From Acidobacteriota bacterium (GTDB taxonomy: Bacteria; Acidobacteriota; Thermoanaerobaculia; UBA5066): a stretch of DNA of 64,000 nucleotides. Shown one piece after another: positions 41,455-50,931 of the stretch (the stretch's first letter is position 1; each line of letters opens with the position of its first letter). Both the position numbers and the translations under genes were made by a program. The stretch spans positions 129,259 through 193,258 of the forward strand of contig JADJVE010000006.1 in NCBI GenBank assembly GCA_016716715.1. Reading direction: 5' to 3'. The notes under the pieces were generated by a model. The model saw nothing but the letters and a program-made list of their open reading frames with translations, was not told where the DNA came from and did no database searches.

Positions 41455-42161
41455 CAGACGTTCTTCAGCGCTTCGCGGACCGAGAGGCCCGAAAGGCGCG
41501 CCCGGTTCTTCTCGACGTACCTCACGATGGGACGCTCGTCCGTCCACGCGTACGACCGGAGCGCCCAGCCGATCGCCTTCCTCAGGAAGAACTCCTTCGA
41601 CCCGATCGACGGTTCGATCAGCTTGAAGAGAAGATCGAGGTCCGTCTCGCTCTTGAACGAGTTCTGGCAGAGGATCGCGCTGCGTCTTTTCCACATGTCT
41701 TCGCCCCGGCTCCACGCGCGCATCGCCTTGCGCATCGGCGCGGGCTCGTTCCGGAGGATGTCCCCGAGGCGCTTCGACGCGAGAGTGTCCACGAAATCCC
41801 ACCACGCGCCCGTCACGATCATCTCCTCGTACATCGGGAGCGCGTCCATCGTCTGGAACGGCCGAGCCCGCCGGTCGCCCGTCAGACCGATCGCGGCGTA
41901 GCGCTCCTCTCGGAACTTCGCGCCGCGCCAGAGCGCGAGAACGTCCCTCCGCCACGCGGCCGCGCCCGTCACCGGGTGCGCGGCGAAGACCGCCCTGCAG
42001 ATCGCCCGGAGCGGGACCGCGCCGACGCCGTGAAACGGCATCTCGGACTTCATGTACGCCCGTGCGCCTGCGGCTCGCTCCGGCGAGCCGGCCCGGGCCA
42101 GCTCCCGGCGGAGGACCGCGAGGAGATCCGGGCCGGCCGATGCCGTCGCGCGGGTCTTCAT
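41451..42161 (-). CDS. DNA alkylation repair enzyme (AlkD/HEAT-repeat family)
   Basis: 236 aa; ..RAYMKSEMPFHGV....FREERYAAIGL...KEFFLRKAIGWALRSY match the DNA_alkylation family. Confidence 0.8.
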   Translation of the reverse strand: MKTRATASAGPDLLAVLRRELARAGSPERAAGARAYMKSEMPFHGVGAVPLRAICRAVFAAHPVTGAAAWRRDVLALWRGAKFREERYAAIGLTGDRRARPFQTMDALPMYEEMIVTGAWWDFVDTLASKRLGDILRNEPAPMRKAMRAWSRGEDMWKRRSAILCQNSFKSETDLDLLFKLIEPSIGSKEFFLRKAIGWALRSYAWTDERPIVRYVEKNRARLSGLSVREALKNVC

Positions 42162-42736
42162 CGGACGGCAGCGGACTGAAAGTAGAAGTCGAGCATCGCG
42201 TTCAGCGGTGCCGCATTCCCCCGCAGCCTGCTACGAAGTGCTGCGCCCTCCCAGCAATCGACGAGGACGCTCGCCATGCGCCGCGTATCCGAGCCGGACT
42301 GGATGTCGCCCCTTCTCCGGGCCTCTTCCAGGCAAACCGCGAGGCGCCCGGCTATCTCGGAGAAGCACCCCTCGATCTTGCGCCTGAAGGTGTCGCTCAC
42401 GCCGGACAGTTCCTGCCCGAGTCCGCCCAGGAGGCAGCCCATGTAACCCTCTTTCCGGTAGTGCTCCTGCGTCAGCTCGAAGAAGCGGCGAACGCGCCCT
42501 AGAGGGGGGCGGCCCTCGTCTGAGAGACAGGCGTCGAGGGCCCCGTGCACGCCCTGCATGTACTGGTCGATGACCTGGAGCGCGAAGTCCTCCTTGTCCC
42601 GGAAGTGATGGTAGAAGGAGCCCTTCGGAGTGCCCGTGGCGGCAAGCAGCGCCTGGATGCCCAGATCGTTGTACCCATGCTCCAGGAGCATCTTCAATCC
42701 GGCGTCGAGGAGGCGCTGCTTGGTCGGATGCGTCAT
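42158..42736 (-). CDS. TetR-family transcriptional regulator
   Basis: Internal ATG (MTHPTKQRLLDAGLKMLLEHGYNDLGIQALLAATGTPKGSFYHHF = TetR HTH). 192 aa. The N-terminal 79 aa of the ORF are junk. Confidence 0.8.
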   Translation of the reverse strand: MTHPTKQRLLDAGLKMLLEHGYNDLGIQALLAATGTPKGSFYHHFRDKEDFALQVIDQYMQGVHGALDACLSDEGRPPLGRVRRFFELTQEHYRKEGYMGCLLGGLGQELSGVSDTFRRKIEGCFSEIAGRLAVCLEEARRRGDIQSGSDTRRMASVLVDCWEGAALRSRLRGNAAPLNAMLDFYFQSAAVR

Positions 42737-42768
42737 CGGAGTCGGGCCATCTTCTCCGAAACGACCTT

Positions 42769-43152
42769 CTACTTCACTTTCGCGATCATGTGGGCGATGA
42801 CCTGGCTGTGCTCGCGTTGCGGACTGAACATGACGATTTCCGCGTCGGCGTCCACCTTGACGTTGTGGCCGGGCGGCCAGTAGAAGAGATCGTTCGTCTT
42901 CACCGTCTCCTGCGCGCCCCTGGCGTCGGTCGTCGTGAGCTGGCCGCGCACGACGAAGCCCCAGTGCGGACACTGACAGAGGTTGCCTTCCAGCCCCTGG
43001 AAGAGAGGCGTCGTGTCGACGCCCGCCGCGAGCGTGAAGTACTCGCCGCTGATCTTGTCGAATCCGCTCGCATCGCCGAAGTCCGTTCGCTGACGGATCA
43101 CGGCGCCCGGAATCTGCATCTTCACATCCACGTTGTCCTTCGCGACCCTCAT
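42769..43152 (-). CDS. Cupin-domain protein
   Basis: 127 aa with a small beta-barrel motif context (..GNLCQCPHWGFVVRG...LFYWPPGHNVKV). GGAGG RBS upstream. Confidence 0.75.
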   Translation of the reverse strand: MRVAKDNVDVKMQIPGAVIRQRTDFGDASGFDKISGEYFTLAAGVDTTPLFQGLEGNLCQCPHWGFVVRGQLTTTDARGAQETVKTNDLFYWPPGHNVKVDADAEIVMFSPQREHSQVIAHMIAKVK

Positions 43153-43177
43153 GACCGTACCTCCTCTGTTGGTGGGT

Positions 43178-43210
43178 TCTCGAACTAGACCGATCGGTCT
43201 AATTCTCGAA
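43178..43210. promoter_or_regulatory. Candidate TetR operator: perfect 16-bp palindrome TAGACCGATCGGTCTA flanked by direct repeats TTCTCGAA, 25-60 bp upstream of the cupin–tetR operon
   Basis: Read directly from the sequence (TTCTCGAA-C-TAGACCGATCGGTCTA-A-TTCTCGAA). It is positioned where a self-regulated TetR promoter would be. Confidence 0.5.
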
Positions 43211-43262
43211 GCCTACACCCTTCACGGGCGCTGTCAATGGGACGCCGGCTCTCCGCCGGGCT

Positions 43263-44285
43263 TCAAGCCCGGCGGTAGCGCTCGCGGATCGTCGGGATGA
43301 GGTACCCGGAGAACGCCGACTCGAGGCCGTACTTCGGCGCAAATCCCCAGTCGGAACGCGCGGCGCTGTCGTCGACGTCCGCCGGCCACGAGTCCACGAT
43401 GCCTTGCCGCTTGTCGTCGGGCTCGAACGTGACCTGCGCGGCCGGGAACGACTTCACGACGAGGTCGCGGATCTCCCCGGCTGACGGCGCGAACGCGCCG
43501 ACGTTGTAAACCTGCCGCGAGAGGGTCCCGCCCGGCGCGGCGGCGAGCTTGAGCAGCGCGTCGACGCCGTCGGGCATCGCCATGAACGGGATCCGCGTGT
43601 CCTCGCGGACGAAGCACGCGTACGGCTTCCCTTCCGCGGCCGCGTGGATCATCTCGGGCGCGTAGTCGGACGTCCCGCCCGACGGGACCGTCACGGCCGA
43701 GATGAGGCCCGGGAAACGCAGGCAGCGGAAGTCCACGCGCCCGCCCTGGTTCTCGGACGAGAGCTGCTTGTAGTGCCGGGCGTAGTAGCGGCCCAGGTGC
43801 TCGGCGTAGAGCTTGTTGCAGCCGTACATCGTCGTCGGCGTGTTGTGCTCGCCCTCCTTCACCTTGCCCGCCATCTGCTTCGTCGCGAGGTCGGGGAGGC
43901 CGTATGCCGCGATGGAGGACGGGTAGAGGAACGTGACGGGCCGGCCGTGCGACTGGCGCTCGCTCTGGGCGAACTCCAGCATGTTGATCATCCCTTCGAC
44001 GTTCACCTGGTGCGCCGTCACGGGCGTGAACTCGCCGCGCGTCGAGAGCAGCGCCGCGAGGTGGAAGATCATGTCGATCTCGTACTCGGAGAGAATGCGC
44101 TCGAGGACGCTCCGGTCGAGGACGGAGCCCGTGAACTCCCGCGCGACGAGGCGTCCGAGCGACGGGTCGAGGGTCTTGAGGTCCAGCGTGAGGATCGGGC
44201 GGGTGCCCTCGGCCGCGAGGCGGGTGATGAGGCCGTGGCCCATCTCGCCGCTCGCGCCGGTGATCAAAACGACGGGTGTTCTCAT
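43263..44285 (-). CDS. NAD-dependent epimerase/dehydratase family protein (L-threonine dehydrogenase-like extended SDR)
   Basis: 340 aa. N-terminal GxxGxxG (VVLITGASGEMGHGLI) and a catalytic YxxxK (MYGCNKLYAE). Confidence 0.85.
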   Translation of the reverse strand: MRTPVVLITGASGEMGHGLITRLAAEGTRPILTLDLKTLDPSLGRLVAREFTGSVLDRSVLERILSEYEIDMIFHLAALLSTRGEFTPVTAHQVNVEGMINMLEFAQSERQSHGRPVTFLYPSSIAAYGLPDLATKQMAGKVKEGEHNTPTTMYGCNKLYAEHLGRYYARHYKQLSSENQGGRVDFRCLRFPGLISAVTVPSGGTSDYAPEMIHAAAEGKPYACFVREDTRIPFMAMPDGVDALLKLAAAPGGTLSRQVYNVGAFAPSAGEIRDLVVKSFPAAQVTFEPDDKRQGIVDSWPADVDDSAARSDWGFAPKYGLESAFSGYLIPTIRERYRRA

Positions 44286-45340
44286 CAGGCCACGGCGACC
44301 CGGGTCTCGAGGTAGACGTCCTGGATCGCGTTCAGGAGGGCGACGCCCTCCTTCATCGGCTTCTGGAACGCCTTGCGCCCGGAGATGAGACCCATGCCGC
44401 CCGCGCGCTTGTTGATGACCGCGGTCGCGACGGCCTGCCCGAGGTCGTCCTTGCCGCCCGCCGCGCCGCCGGAGTTGATGAGGCCCGCCCGGCCCATGTA
44501 GCAATTCACGACCTGCCAGCGCGTCCACTCGATCGGGTGCGCCGGGACGAGCTTCGCGTACGCCTCGGCGTTCGGCTTGTTCCCGAACGGGAGCGCCGGG
44601 AAGCCGCCGTCGTTCTCGGGCTGTTTCTGCTTGATGATGTCCGCCTCGATCGTCACGCCGAGGTGGTTCGCCTGCGAAGAGAGGTCCGCCGAGACGTGGA
44701 AGTCCTTCTCCTTCGTCTTGAACTCCGGGTTCCGGAGGTAGCACCACAGGACCGTGAACATCCCGTAGTCGTGCGCCTGCTGGAAGGCGTGCGAGATCTC
44801 CGTGATCTGCCGGCGCGAGTTGTCCGACCCGAAGTAGATCGTCGCCCCGATGCCGGCGGCGCCCATGTCGAACGCCTGTTTGACGGTCCCGAAGATCGTC
44901 TGGTCGTAGGAGGTCGGGAGCGTCAGGAGCTCGTTGTGGTTGATCTTGACGATGAACGGGATCCGGTGCGCCCACGTGCGCGCGACCGAGCCGAGGACGC
45001 CGAGCGTCGAGGCGACCGCGTTGCAACCGCCCTCGAAGGCGAGCCGCACGATGTTCTCGGGGTCGAAGTACTCCGGTGCGGGCGCGAAGGAGGAAGCGCC
45101 CGAGTGCTCGATCCCCTGGTCGACGGGCAGGATCGAGAGGTACCCGGTGCCCGCGAGGCGGCCCTTGTCGAACATCCAGGAGAGGCTCCTGAGGACGCCG
45201 GCGGGGCGGTCGGAGGGGACGAAGACCCGGTCCACGTAGTCGGGCCCGGGGAGGTGCAGCATCGAAGCGGGTACGCCCTTGGCTTCGTAGTCGAGGAGCG
45301 AGGCGCGTTCGCCGAGCTGCTTGCGGATGGTCTCGAGCAT
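44285..45340 (-). CDS. Class I fructose-bisphosphate aldolase (DhnA/FbaB type)
   Basis: 351 aa from [22 protein letters not shown].. The Schiff-base lysine context is ..[14 protein letters not shown].. The first 350 aa of ORF 44285..46414 are junk. It overlaps the epimerase start by 1 nt. Confidence 0.8.
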   Translation of the reverse strand: MLETIRKQLGERASLLDYEAKGVPASMLHLPGPDYVDRVFVPSDRPAGVLRSLSWMFDKGRLAGTGYLSILPVDQGIEHSGASSFAPAPEYFDPENIVRLAFEGGCNAVASTLGVLGSVARTWAHRIPFIVKINHNELLTLPTSYDQTIFGTVKQAFDMGAAGIGATIYFGSDNSRRQITEISHAFQQAHDYGMFTVLWCYLRNPEFKTKEKDFHVSADLSSQANHLGVTIEADIIKQKQPENDGGFPALPFGNKPNAEAYAKLVPAHPIEWTRWQVVNCYMGRAGLINSGGAAGGKDDLGQAVATAVINKRAGGMGLISGRKAFQKPMKEGVALLNAIQDVYLETRVAVA

Positions 45341-45445
45341 CAGGGCCTCCTGCCGAGGATGGTGGAACCCCATCCTAGCCGAACGGCGAGGTCGAGACGG
45401 CGTATCGGCGCCGCCGCGAACGGGCCGCCGTGGCATCCTCGCGGC

Positions 45446-46384
45446 GTGCCCGAGCCCGCCTCCGCCCCGCCGCAGACGATCGTCTCGAGCTTCGTCCACA
45501 CGACGTTCGGGCTCTGGTTCCCTTTCTTCCGGTGGATGGCGCGGACGCTGCCGAGCGCCGCCGTCGCCCGCCTCGCCGAGGCGACGGCCGAGCGCGCGAT
45601 CTGGGAGCGCGAGAGCGTGCGGGAGGCGATCCTCGACAACACGTCCGCCGTCCTCGGCTTGCCGCGAAACTCGCGGGAGGTCGAGCGCGCCGGGCGCGAA
45701 ATGGTGTCGCGGCACTCGCGGCTGTGGATCGACCTCCTGCGCTACTCGGGGCGGAGCGACATCGACCCGAAGTCCCTCCTCGCGTCCCGCTTCGGAGACC
45801 AACGCCTCATCGAGGCTCAGAAGGAGGGCAGGGGCTCGATCCTCCTGACGGCGCACGTCGGCAACTTCGAGCTCGGCGGCCTCTTCCTCGCGCAGCTCGG
45901 TCTCGAGGTCGCGGTCGTCTACGTGCCCGACCCGTCCCCCGTCATCGAGAAGCACCGCAGTGACGCGCGGAAGATGCTCGGCGTGCAAGGCATCGCGGTG
46001 GACAAGACGCCCTTCGGCTTCCTGCCCGTCTTCCGCGCCCTCGAACGGAACATGTGCGTCGCCATGCAGGGAGACCGTGACGTCTCGGGCACGGGCCGGA
46101 CGATGCCGTTCTTCGGGAAGACCGCTTCTTTTCCGATCGGACCGTTCCGGATCGCGCAGGCTTCGGGGGCGCCGATCTTCCCCGTCTTCGTCCTGCAGGA
46201 AGAGGACGGCCGCTACCGGACGATCGTCGAGGAAGCCATCCGGGTTCCCCACGCGCGCGGCGCCGCGGCCGGCGAGGCGGTCCTGGCGGGACTCGCAGAG
46301 TTCGTCGCGCGGATGGAGGCGACGATCCGCGCCTACCCGACGCAGTGGTACCGCTTCGCGCGGTTCTGGGAGAGCGAGGAGTGA
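45446..46384 (+). CDS. Lysophospholipid/lipid A-type acyltransferase (LpxL/HtrB-like LPLAT family)
   Basis: ..[21 protein letters not shown]...[21 protein letters not shown].. are typical of late acyltransferases. The start is uncertain; alternatives are GTG 45446, ATG 45359 and ATG 45536. Confidence 0.7.
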   Translation: MPEPASAPPQTIVSSFVHTTFGLWFPFFRWMARTLPSAAVARLAEATAERAIWERESVREAILDNTSAVLGLPRNSREVERAGREMVSRHSRLWIDLLRYSGRSDIDPKSLLASRFGDQRLIEAQKEGRGSILLTAHVGNFELGGLFLAQLGLEVAVVYVPDPSPVIEKHRSDARKMLGVQGIAVDKTPFGFLPVFRALERNMCVAMQGDRDVSGTGRTMPFFGKTASFPIGPFRIAQASGAPIFPVFVLQEEDGRYRTIVEEAIRVPHARGAAAGEAVLAGLAEFVARMEATIRAYPTQWYRFARFWESEE

Positions 46385-48105
46385 GACCCGCCGCGGGCGG
46401 GACGCTCGCGGCACTCGGCGCCGCCCTTCTCCTCGGCGCGTGCGCTCCCTCCCGGCCGGCGGGCGCGCCGGCCGCCGCCGCGCCGGACCCGAAAGTCGAG
46501 ACGCAGGGCGAAGTCCGCCGCCTGGGTTCTTCGTGGGTCGGGCCCGTCGTGCCGCCCGGCTCGGAGAACGGCATCCTCGTCGGGCGATTCACGGGAGCGC
46601 CTTACGACCTCGGTCTCGCGTTCGGCCGCCTGACGCGCCCGTGGATCCGCTCGCAGGAGACGCACCTCGACACGCTGTTCGCGGCGCTCATCCCCGGCGG
46701 CCTCAAGCGCTCTTTCATCCGGCAGCTCTCCGCGTTCCGGCTGCGGTCGCTGCCGGACGAGATCCCGCCGGACCTTCTCGTCTCGATCGCCGGCCTCGCG
46801 GACGGCTACGAGCCCGTGCCGCCCGCCTCGGGCTGGAATGCGTGGCGCCGGATGCTGGACCTGCACGCGCTGCACGACGTCTCACAGCGATTCGTGGACG
46901 CACCCGCGCTCGCGGCCGCGTGCACGGGTTTCCTCGCGAAGACGCCGGACGGCGTGCTTCTCGCGCGGAACTTCGACTTCGAGGGCGGCGACGTCTTCGA
47001 CCGGCAGAAACTCGTCTCCGTCCTCCGTCCCGACGGGAAGATCCCCTACCTCTCCGTGGGCTTCTCCGGAATGCTCGGCGTCGTCACGGGTTTCAACCGG
47101 GAAGGAATCGGGGTCGCGCTGCAGGCGATCGCCGGCGGCGAGTCCGCGGGCTCGGGCGAGCCCGTCACCCTTCTCCTCGCGGACGTCCTCCGGAACGAGT
47201 CGACGTTCGACGGGGCGGTGGAGCGCCTCCGCCGCGGGAAGGTCTTCGTCTCGGACCTCATCCTCGTCGCGGACGCGAAGTCGGGCCGGATCGCGATCGT
47301 CGAGAAGAGCCCGTCCGCCTTCGCATTGCGTGAGACCACGGGCGCCTGGCTCGGCGCGACGAACGAAGCCGAGGACGCCGCCGTGAAGGCGCGCGCCCGC
47401 GCGCTTCCGCCGGAGTCGACGTCGCGGAAGAGGCGCGCGCGGCTGGACGTCCTCCTCTCGCAGGAGGGCGCCACGCTCGACGTGCCGCGCGCCGTCGCGA
47501 TCCTGCGCGACCGGACGGGCGCCGACGGCGCGGACCTCGGGCACGGCAACCGCAACGCGATCGACGCGTCCATCGCGGCGCACTCCGTCGTCCTCGACCT
47601 CACGCACCGCCGCGCGTGGGTGGCGGCCTTTCCGCACACGCTCGGGGCGTACGTGCCCGTCGACCTCGAGGCCGTCCTCGCGGCCGGGGACGGCCCACCC
47701 GCTCCCGGCGCCGCGATCCCCGCCGACCCGTGGCTCGGCTCGGGCGGTTTCGGCAGGTACCGCGAGGCCCGGGCGGCACTCGCCGAGGTGCGCACGCTCG
47801 AGCGGAAGGCCGGTGCGGGCTGGCTCGAGGCCGCCGCAGCAGCGGCCGGGCGCGCCCACGCGCTGTGCCCTGATTTCTCGGAAGCGACCGCGAAGCTCGG
47901 CGAGCTCGAGCTCCGCCGCGGAAACCGCGCGCGCGCGCAGACGCTGCTCGACGAGGCTCTCGCGCGCGACCCAGGCCCGGCCCCCGTTCGCGCGGCGGTC
48001 CTCGCATGGCGCGACGCCGCGGCACGCGGCGGTGCGCTTCCGAAGGACGGCATCCCCACCATCCCGACGCCCGACGAGCTCATCGCGGAGCGAGCGAAGA
48101 GATAA
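46381..48105 (+). CDS. Lipoprotein of the acyl-CoA:6-aminopenicillanic-acid acyltransferase / peptidase C45 (Ntn-hydrolase) family
   Basis: Lipobox LLLGAC at the N-terminus. A putative autoproteolytic nucleophile context ([14 protein letters not shown]...[11 protein letters not shown]) is consistent with C45-family Ntn hydrolases. The assignment is by motif only. Confidence 0.6.
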   Translation: MRPAAGGTLAALGAALLLGACAPSRPAGAPAAAAPDPKVETQGEVRRLGSSWVGPVVPPGSENGILVGRFTGAPYDLGLAFGRLTRPWIRSQETHLDTLFAALIPGGLKRSFIRQLSAFRLRSLPDEIPPDLLVSIAGLADGYEPVPPASGWNAWRRMLDLHALHDVSQRFVDAPALAAACTGFLAKTPDGVLLARNFDFEGGDVFDRQKLVSVLRPDGKIPYLSVGFSGMLGVVTGFNREGIGVALQAIAGGESAGSGEPVTLLLADVLRNESTFDGAVERLRRGKVFVSDLILVADAKSGRIAIVEKSPSAFALRETTGAWLGATNEAEDAAVKARARALPPESTSRKRRARLDVLLSQEGATLDVPRAVAILRDRTGADGADLGHGNRNAIDASIAAHSVVLDLTHRRAWVAAFPHTLGAYVPVDLEAVLAAGDGPPAPGAAIPADPWLGSGGFGRYREARAALAEVRTLERKAGAGWLEAAAAAAGRAHALCPDFSEATAKLGELELRRGNRARAQTLLDEALARDPGPAPVRAAVLAWRDAAARGGALPKDGIPTIPTPDELIAERAKR

Positions 48106-48119
48106 GAGAATTTCTTTGC

Positions 48120-48989
48120 TTAAGAGAAGAACGCGAGGGTGACGGCGGCGCAGGAACCGTAGGCATCTCGCGTCTCGTACCGGCGATTTCGGATTTTCTT
48201 AGAAGGTGAATGGGGCTCGGCAAGGTCTCGCGCGATCTCCCACAGGCCCGTCGCACCGAGGCGTTCGATCACCGCACCGCCGCCGCCCCGCGCGCCACCC
48301 AAACCAACACCTTCTAAGAAGTCTTCACGTTTCTCTTCGAACCTCGCGGTCTGCGGATCCGGATCGAAGGTGAGAGCCGCATCCACAAAGACGGCTCTCT
48401 TTCTCTTACTCAAAGAAATCTCTTCCTCTTCGTTTTCTTCTTCTTCCGCCTCGAGGAGCACCGCGGCCGACGACTCGACGAGCGTAGCGTCCGCCTCGCG
48501 CATCGCGTCGTCGATTCCCTCCGCCGCGACGACGAGGATGCGGTCGGCGTCGCCTTTCGCGATGCGCGACGCCGCGAGGACGAGGGCCTCGAGCCCGGCC
48601 GTGCGCCCGGAGACGAGCGTCTCGGCGGGGCCCCCGAGGCCCCAGCCGATCGCGAGCTCGCCCGCGACGGTGTTGTGGACGGTCGCCGCGAAGACGGACG
48701 GCGCGAGGTCCTCGACGCGCGCCGCCGCCGCGAGCAGTCGCTCGTGCTGCGCCATCGCGTCGCGGCAGCCGAAGGCCGTGCCGACGACGACGCCGAAGCG
48801 CGGGTCGGGCGCGGCGCCGGGAACGGCGGCCTGGACGCCGGCCGCCGAGAGGGCGCGTGCGCCGGCGAGGACGCCGGAACGCCCGAAGCGGTCCATCCGC
48901 CTGAGGCGGTTCGCGTCCACGAGCGCGTCGCGAAGAGCGCCGCCGCCGCCCTCGACCGTCGCCGCGAACGCGAGAACGGCGCGCCTCAA
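48120..48989 (-). CDS. Short beta-ketoacyl-synthase-like protein (KS-partner / chain-length-factor-like), probably translationally coupled to the upstream KS (TTGA overlap)
   Basis: About 290 aa with weak KS-like segments (VVVGTAFGCRDAM...GATGLWEIARDL). Its 3' 250 nt are unusually AT-rich and contain inverted repeats. The alternative ATG at 48896 gives 258 aa. Family membership is tentative. Confidence 0.45.
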   Translation of the reverse strand: MRRAVLAFAATVEGGGGALRDALVDANRLRRMDRFGRSGVLAGARALSAAGVQAAVPGAAPDPRFGVVVGTAFGCRDAMAQHERLLAAAARVEDLAPSVFAATVHNTVAGELAIGWGLGGPAETLVSGRTAGLEALVLAASRIAKGDADRILVVAAEGIDDAMREADATLVESSAAVLLEAEEEENEEEEISLSKRKRAVFVDAALTFDPDPQTARFEEKREDFLEGVGLGGARGGGGAVIERLGATGLWEIARDLAEPHSPSKKIRNRRYETRDAYGSCAAVTLAFFS

Positions 48990-50128
48990 GCGCGCTCCAG
49001 GACGAGTGCGGCGTCCGTGCCCGAAAACGCGGCGGACGTCGAAAGGACGACGTCCACGCGGCGCTCCGTCCGGTACGGCGCGCCCGAGACGACGAAGAGG
49101 GGCGAGCCGGGGCGAGCGGCGCGGTGGCGGGCGGTCGGCGGGACGTCTTCGGCGCCGAGGACGAGGACGGCGAGGACGGCCTCGAGAACGCCCGCGGCGC
49201 CGAGCGTGTGGCCGATCGCTCCCTTGAGGCCGTGGACCGGCACCGATCCTGCTCGGGGACCGAGGACGTGCGCCAGAGCGGCTTCCTCCATCGCGTCGTT
49301 GAAGACGGTCCCGGTTCCGTGGGCGCTCACGAAGCCCACGTCGGCGGCCGTGCGCCCCGCGTCGGCGAGAGCCGCAGCCGCGGCCCGCGCAAGGCCGGCG
49401 CCCGCCGGATCGGGCCGCGTCATGTGGAACGCGTCCGCCGCCGAGCCGTAGCCCGTGACGCGCGCGAGGACGCGCGCGCCGCGCCGGAGGGCCTCGGCTT
49501 CGTCCTCGAGGAGAAGAAACGCCGACCCCTCTCCGAGAGTCAGGCCGTCGCGTTCGGCGTCGAAGGGACGGGCGGCCGTCGGGCTCAGGGCGCGGAGCGC
49601 GTCGAAGCCCGAAAACACGAACGGCGAGAGCGTGTCCGCGCCTCCCGCGAGGACGCGAACGGCGCGGCCCTCGCGAATCCACGCAGCCGCGAGGCCGATC
49701 GCGGCGGTGCCGGAGGCGCACGCCGTCGAGACCGCGGCAACGGGCCCGCTCGCGCCGTGCCGCCGGGCGAGGAGCGCCGCGAGGGCCCCGGGCGACACGC
49801 GGGTCTCGCGGCCCGCGAGCGTCGTGCCGACGGCGACGCCCGCGTGAGGGCCGAGGGCCGCGAGCGGTCCCATCGCTTCGGCCGCCGCCGCGAGCGCGAG
49901 CCTCTCGGTGCGGCCTCGCGTCTCGCCGGCCGGATCGGCGGGGACGACTCGGATTTCCGCGCCCGTCTTCGCGACGAAACGGGACACGTCGAAGAGCGTG
50001 ACCGGCGCGATCGCGCTGGCGCCGCTCCACGCCCCGCGTTGCAGGGCGGGCACGCCCGGGCCGAGCGCGGTCACCGCCCCCATCCCCGTCACGGCCACGC
50101 GCCGGTCCCTCGCCCTCTCTCCGCCCAT
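48986..50128 (-). CDS. Beta-ketoacyl-ACP synthase (KAS I/II-type)
   Basis: AAGGA RBS before the ATG. RRVAVTGMGAVTALG N-terminus; active-site Cys (AVSTACASGTAAIG); both His (SAHGTGTVFND; KGAIGHTLGAAG). Confidence 0.85.
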   Translation of the reverse strand: MGGERARDRRVAVTGMGAVTALGPGVPALQRGAWSGASAIAPVTLFDVSRFVAKTGAEIRVVPADPAGETRGRTERLALAAAAEAMGPLAALGPHAGVAVGTTLAGRETRVSPGALAALLARRHGASGPVAAVSTACASGTAAIGLAAAWIREGRAVRVLAGGADTLSPFVFSGFDALRALSPTAARPFDAERDGLTLGEGSAFLLLEDEAEALRRGARVLARVTGYGSAADAFHMTRPDPAGAGLARAAAAALADAGRTAADVGFVSAHGTGTVFNDAMEEAALAHVLGPRAGSVPVHGLKGAIGHTLGAAGVLEAVLAVLVLGAEDVPPTARHRAARPGSPLFVVSGAPYRTERRVDVVLSTSAAFSGTDAALVLERA

Positions 50129-50199
50129 CTCGTCCTTATAATCCCTCGCCGCGCCGCTTGCGTGGCGCGCTTGCCGGGGCGAACCCGCCCGCTCCTCCC

Positions 50200-50931
50200 A
50201 TGAAGATCCTCCTCGCGTCCGACGACCACCAGCCCAACGAGGCGTACCGGGGTGCCCTCCTCGCAGCGGGAGCATTGCCCGGTGAGATCCTCCTCGCGCT
50301 CCCGGGTCCGCCGCTTCCCGAGGCGTTCGACGGCCTGCTCCTCGCGGGCGGGCCGGACGTCGACCCCGCGCGCTACGGCGAATCCCCCGCAACCCCGACG
50401 CTCAGCGTGCGGACCCGTCGGGACGCGCACGATTTCGCCGCGTTCGCCGCCGCCGAGGCGCAGGGCGCGCCCGTCTTCGGAATCTGCCGCGGCCTGCAGG
50501 TCGTGAACGTCGCCCTCGGCGGCACGCTCTGGCAGGACCTCCCCTCCCAGCGCGACCGCGGAGTCGCCCACGACACCGACGCGGCCGGCCGCGGGCGGGA
50601 CTTCCGCGCGCACGCCGTGCGGCCGCGCGCGGGCCAGGCGCCCTCGCCGTTCGCCGCCGCCCTCGCGCGGACGACCGACGTCAACTCCCGGCACCACCAG
50701 GCCGTCAAGGACCTCGCCGCCCCGCTCGCCTCGCTCGCGGCCTCGCCGGACGACCTCGTCGAGGCGGTGGAGCGTCCGGGGGGCGCGTGGCTCGCCGCCG
50801 TCCAGTGGCACCCCGAGGATCTCGTCGCCGACCCGCGCCAGAAGGCGCTGTTCCAGGTCTTTCTCGACGCCTGCCGCGCGTTCGCGCGGTTGCGCAGCAA
50901 TACGCTCACCTCCAGCAAGGAGTTCGCATGA
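50200..50931 (+). CDS. Class I glutamine amidotransferase-like hydrolase (peptidase C26, gamma-glutamyl-GABA hydrolase family)
   Basis: Catalytic Cys context GICRGLQVVNVALGG and His (WHPE). The internal ATG is at MKILLASDD. Confidence 0.8.
   Translation: MKILLASDDHQPNEAYRGALLAAGALPGEILLALPGPPLPEAFDGLLLAGGPDVDPARYGESPATPTLSVRTRRDAHDFAAFAAAEAQGAPVFGICRGLQVVNVALGGTLWQDLPSQRDRGVAHDTDAAGRGRDFRAHAVRPRAGQAPSPFAAALARTTDVNSRHHQAVKDLAAPLASLAASPDDLVEAVERPGGAWLAAVQWHPEDLVADPRQKALFQVFLDACRAFARLRSNTLTSSKEFA

Noticed and set aside
50089-50811. 240-aa minus ORF antisense to the C26 hydrolase
   Set aside because: No motifs, extreme GC-frame composition, and it overlaps a well-supported plus-strand gene.
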